From: an uncultured Phycisphaerales bacterium
Lineage (GTDB): Bacteria > Planctomycetota > Phycisphaerae > Tepidisphaerales > Tepidisphaeraceae
Direction: 5' to 3'
Length of the DNA stretch: 64,000 nucleotides
NCBI GenBank assembly: GCA_963755915.1
Contig: CAVWLP010000002.1
Location: 2,240,001 to 2,304,000 of the forward strand
Both the position numbers and the translations under genes were made by a program. Every line of letters begins with the position of its first letter. Within the stretch, counting starts at the first letter, position 1. Below are positions 62,383 through 64,000 of this stretch, one piece after another. The notes beneath the pieces were generated by a model that was given only the letters and a program-made list of their open reading frames with translations, had not been told where the DNA came from and ran no database searches.

Positions 62383-62899
62383 ATGACGGTTGAAACGGTG
62401 GCAATCGAGAGCGTCAGCCCCGATCCGGCGAATGCGCAAGCACGGGCCGAGGAACCTCGACGCGATTGTGGCAAGCCTGCGGCGGTTTGGGCAGCAGAAG
62501 CCGATCGTTGTCGATTCCAAGGGCGTCGTGCGGGCGGGAAACGGGCAGCTCGAGGCGGCGAAGATGCTGGGTTGGACGCATATTCGCGTCGTGAAGTCGG
62601 ATTTGCCGGCGACGGAATTGACGGCGTTCGCCATCGCGGACAATCGGACGGCGGAACTTGCCGAATGGGATGACGACGTGCTGGCGGGCACGCTGGCGGA
62701 TCCGGAGATTGGAGATGTGGGATTCAACGGCGAGGAGATCAAGGGATTTTCTGCCGAAGACGAGCCTGACTTGAGTGCGGGCAGTGAGATTCAGGCGATG
62801 TTTGAGGTCGTGGTGGAATGCCGGGATGAGCAGGAGCAGAAGGTGCTTTACCAGCGGCTGACGTCCGAGGGATATTCATGCAGATTGTTCACGCTGTAG
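62383..62899 (+). CDS. Phage ParB/Srx N-terminal domain protein, frameshift near 62437
   Basis: PDPANA-RKH, SLRRFGQQKPIVVD, AGNGQLEAAKMLG, IADNRTAELAEWD; C-terminal VVVECRDEQEQ. Confidence 0.85.
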
Positions 62900-64000
62900 T
62901 CGAGTGTCCCGTGCAGGAGAGCTTCCGGGCGAGGCAGGTCGCCGGGATGTTTGATCTGCCGGTGGATTCCGGAATGCGGTCCTCGTTTTGCGTGAAGGTG
63001 CCGACGCTGGATGAGCATTGAAGCATCGGAGCGATCGTGGGGCCGAGCGGGTCTGGAAAGACAACGATCGCGAAGCGGGCGTTCGGGGCGTGGATGCCGG
63101 AAGAGTGGGATTGGCCGGGAAATCAGAGCATTCTTGAGGGTTTCCCCGCGGAGATGGAAATTCGCCGGATTACGCAGTTACTCGGCAGCGTAGGGTTCAG
63201 CTCGCCGCCGGCGTGGATGCGGCCGTTTCATCTGTTGAGCAATGGGGAACAGTTTCGCGTGACGCTCGCGCGCACGCTGGCGGAGTTGCCTGAGCTGGCG
63301 GTTGTGGATGAGTTCACCAGCGTGGTGGACCGGACGGTGGCGAAGATCGGATCGGCGGCGGTGAGCCGGGCGGTGCGCCGAAGCGGCAGAAGATTCGTCG
63401 CGGTGAGCTGTCATTACGACATTCTTCCCTGGCTGGAGCCGGACTGGGTCGTGGACATGGGAAATGCCGAACCGCAGCCGGAGGCGAGGAGCGGTACGCC
63501 GCATCGATCGGACGCCGTTCGCCCGGAGGGCGGACCACCGTTGCCAGATCCCGAATCAAATGAAGAAGCACGGGGGTGGCTTCGGCGACCGGACATTCGG
63601 TTGGAGATCGTGCGGTGCGATACGTCGGCGTGGAGAATATTCAGCCGTCATCACTATTTGAGCGGCAGGTTGCATTCATCGGCGTTTTGTTTTTTAGCGT
63701 TGATTGAAGATCAGCCGGCGGCGTTTGTGGCGGCGCTGCCGTTTCCGCATGCGACGCATCCTGGCTGGCGGGAGCATCGCTGTGTCTGCCTGCCAGATTA
63801 CCAGGGAGTGGGGATAGGCAATGCCGTCAGCGAATTTGTCGCGTCGCTGTTCGTCGCGACGGGGCGGCCATACACAAGCGTGACCAGCCATCCGGCGATG
63901 ATGCATCATCGTTCGCGCTCGCCGCTGTGGCGCGTGCGGCGGGGGCCGTCGCGGGTGGTGCGAAATAAGAATCGCGGCGGTGTCGCGACTGGAATGGACA
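62878..64000 (+). CDS. ABC-type ATPase fused to GNAT acetyltransferase; in-frame TGA at 63019, truncated at the window end
   Basis: Manual translation from ATG 62878: VGPSGSGKTT, LSNGEQFR, VDEFTSVVDR, SCHYD, then WRIFSRHHYLS and RCVCLPDYQGVGIG. Absent from the ORF track. Confidence 0.85.

Larger units (their letters stand above)
56486..64000 (+). mobile_element. Phage-derived gene cluster (prophage or domesticated), continuing past the window end
   Basis: Co-oriented, tightly packed genes including Mu gp36-like, ParB-N, ABC-GNAT and tailspike-like genes; no integrase or att site seen. Confidence 0.75.

Noticed and set aside
959-62899. Widespread frameshifts (mutS, mutL, trpB, rnd, FtsK and others) read as pseudogenisation, a mutator state or programmed frameshifting
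   Set aside because: Single-base indels hit many unrelated, otherwise intact genes, often in homopolymer runs, which is typical of long-read assembly error. Read-level data would be needed to claim biology.
44344-63021. Stop-codon reassignment (in-frame TAA 44500, TAG 44854, TGA 63019)
   Set aside because: Three different stop codons are involved, and neighbouring genes end normally with TGA/TAG/TAA and use TGG for Trp.

Overview
A high-GC bacterial chromosomal segment. Gene content (stand-alone dnaA, Planctomycete-type ECF sigma factors, a CxxCGYDLRATPxRCPECG membrane protein, a WXG100/FtsK locus) suggests Planctomycetota, probably Phycisphaerae; this is inference. Most of the window is housekeeping: DnaJ-type chaperone, infA, leuD, MFS and ABC transporters, dnaA, uracil-DNA glycosylase, deoxyhypusine synthase-like protein, rnd, mutS, mutL, GH51, ilvD, trpBA, moaD/moaE, nth and queE. 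Many genes are split by single-base frameshifts, most likely sequencing or assembly indels. Accessory highlights: (1) a compact type VII secretion-like locus (35.1-41.0 kb) with three WXG100-like genes, a chimeric duplicated ORF and a membrane FtsK/EccC-like ATPase; (2) a low-GC Fic gene between two copies of the 5' end of an RNA methyltransferase gene; (3) a low-GC XRE + ImmA/IrrE islet with nonsense codons; (4) an integrase-less phage-like operon from 56.5 kb to the window end, preceded by a terminator-bearing leader and encoding beta-helix proteins, a Mu gp36-like adaptor, a ParB-N protein and an ABC-ATPase/GNAT fusion. Non-coding signals include a 6S-like RNA candidate, a 4x16-bp array upstream of dnaA, a 33-bp element present twice, two REP-like palindrome families, and alternating G/C strand-skew domains that ignore gene orientation. 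All family calls are by motif recognition; no database searches were run.
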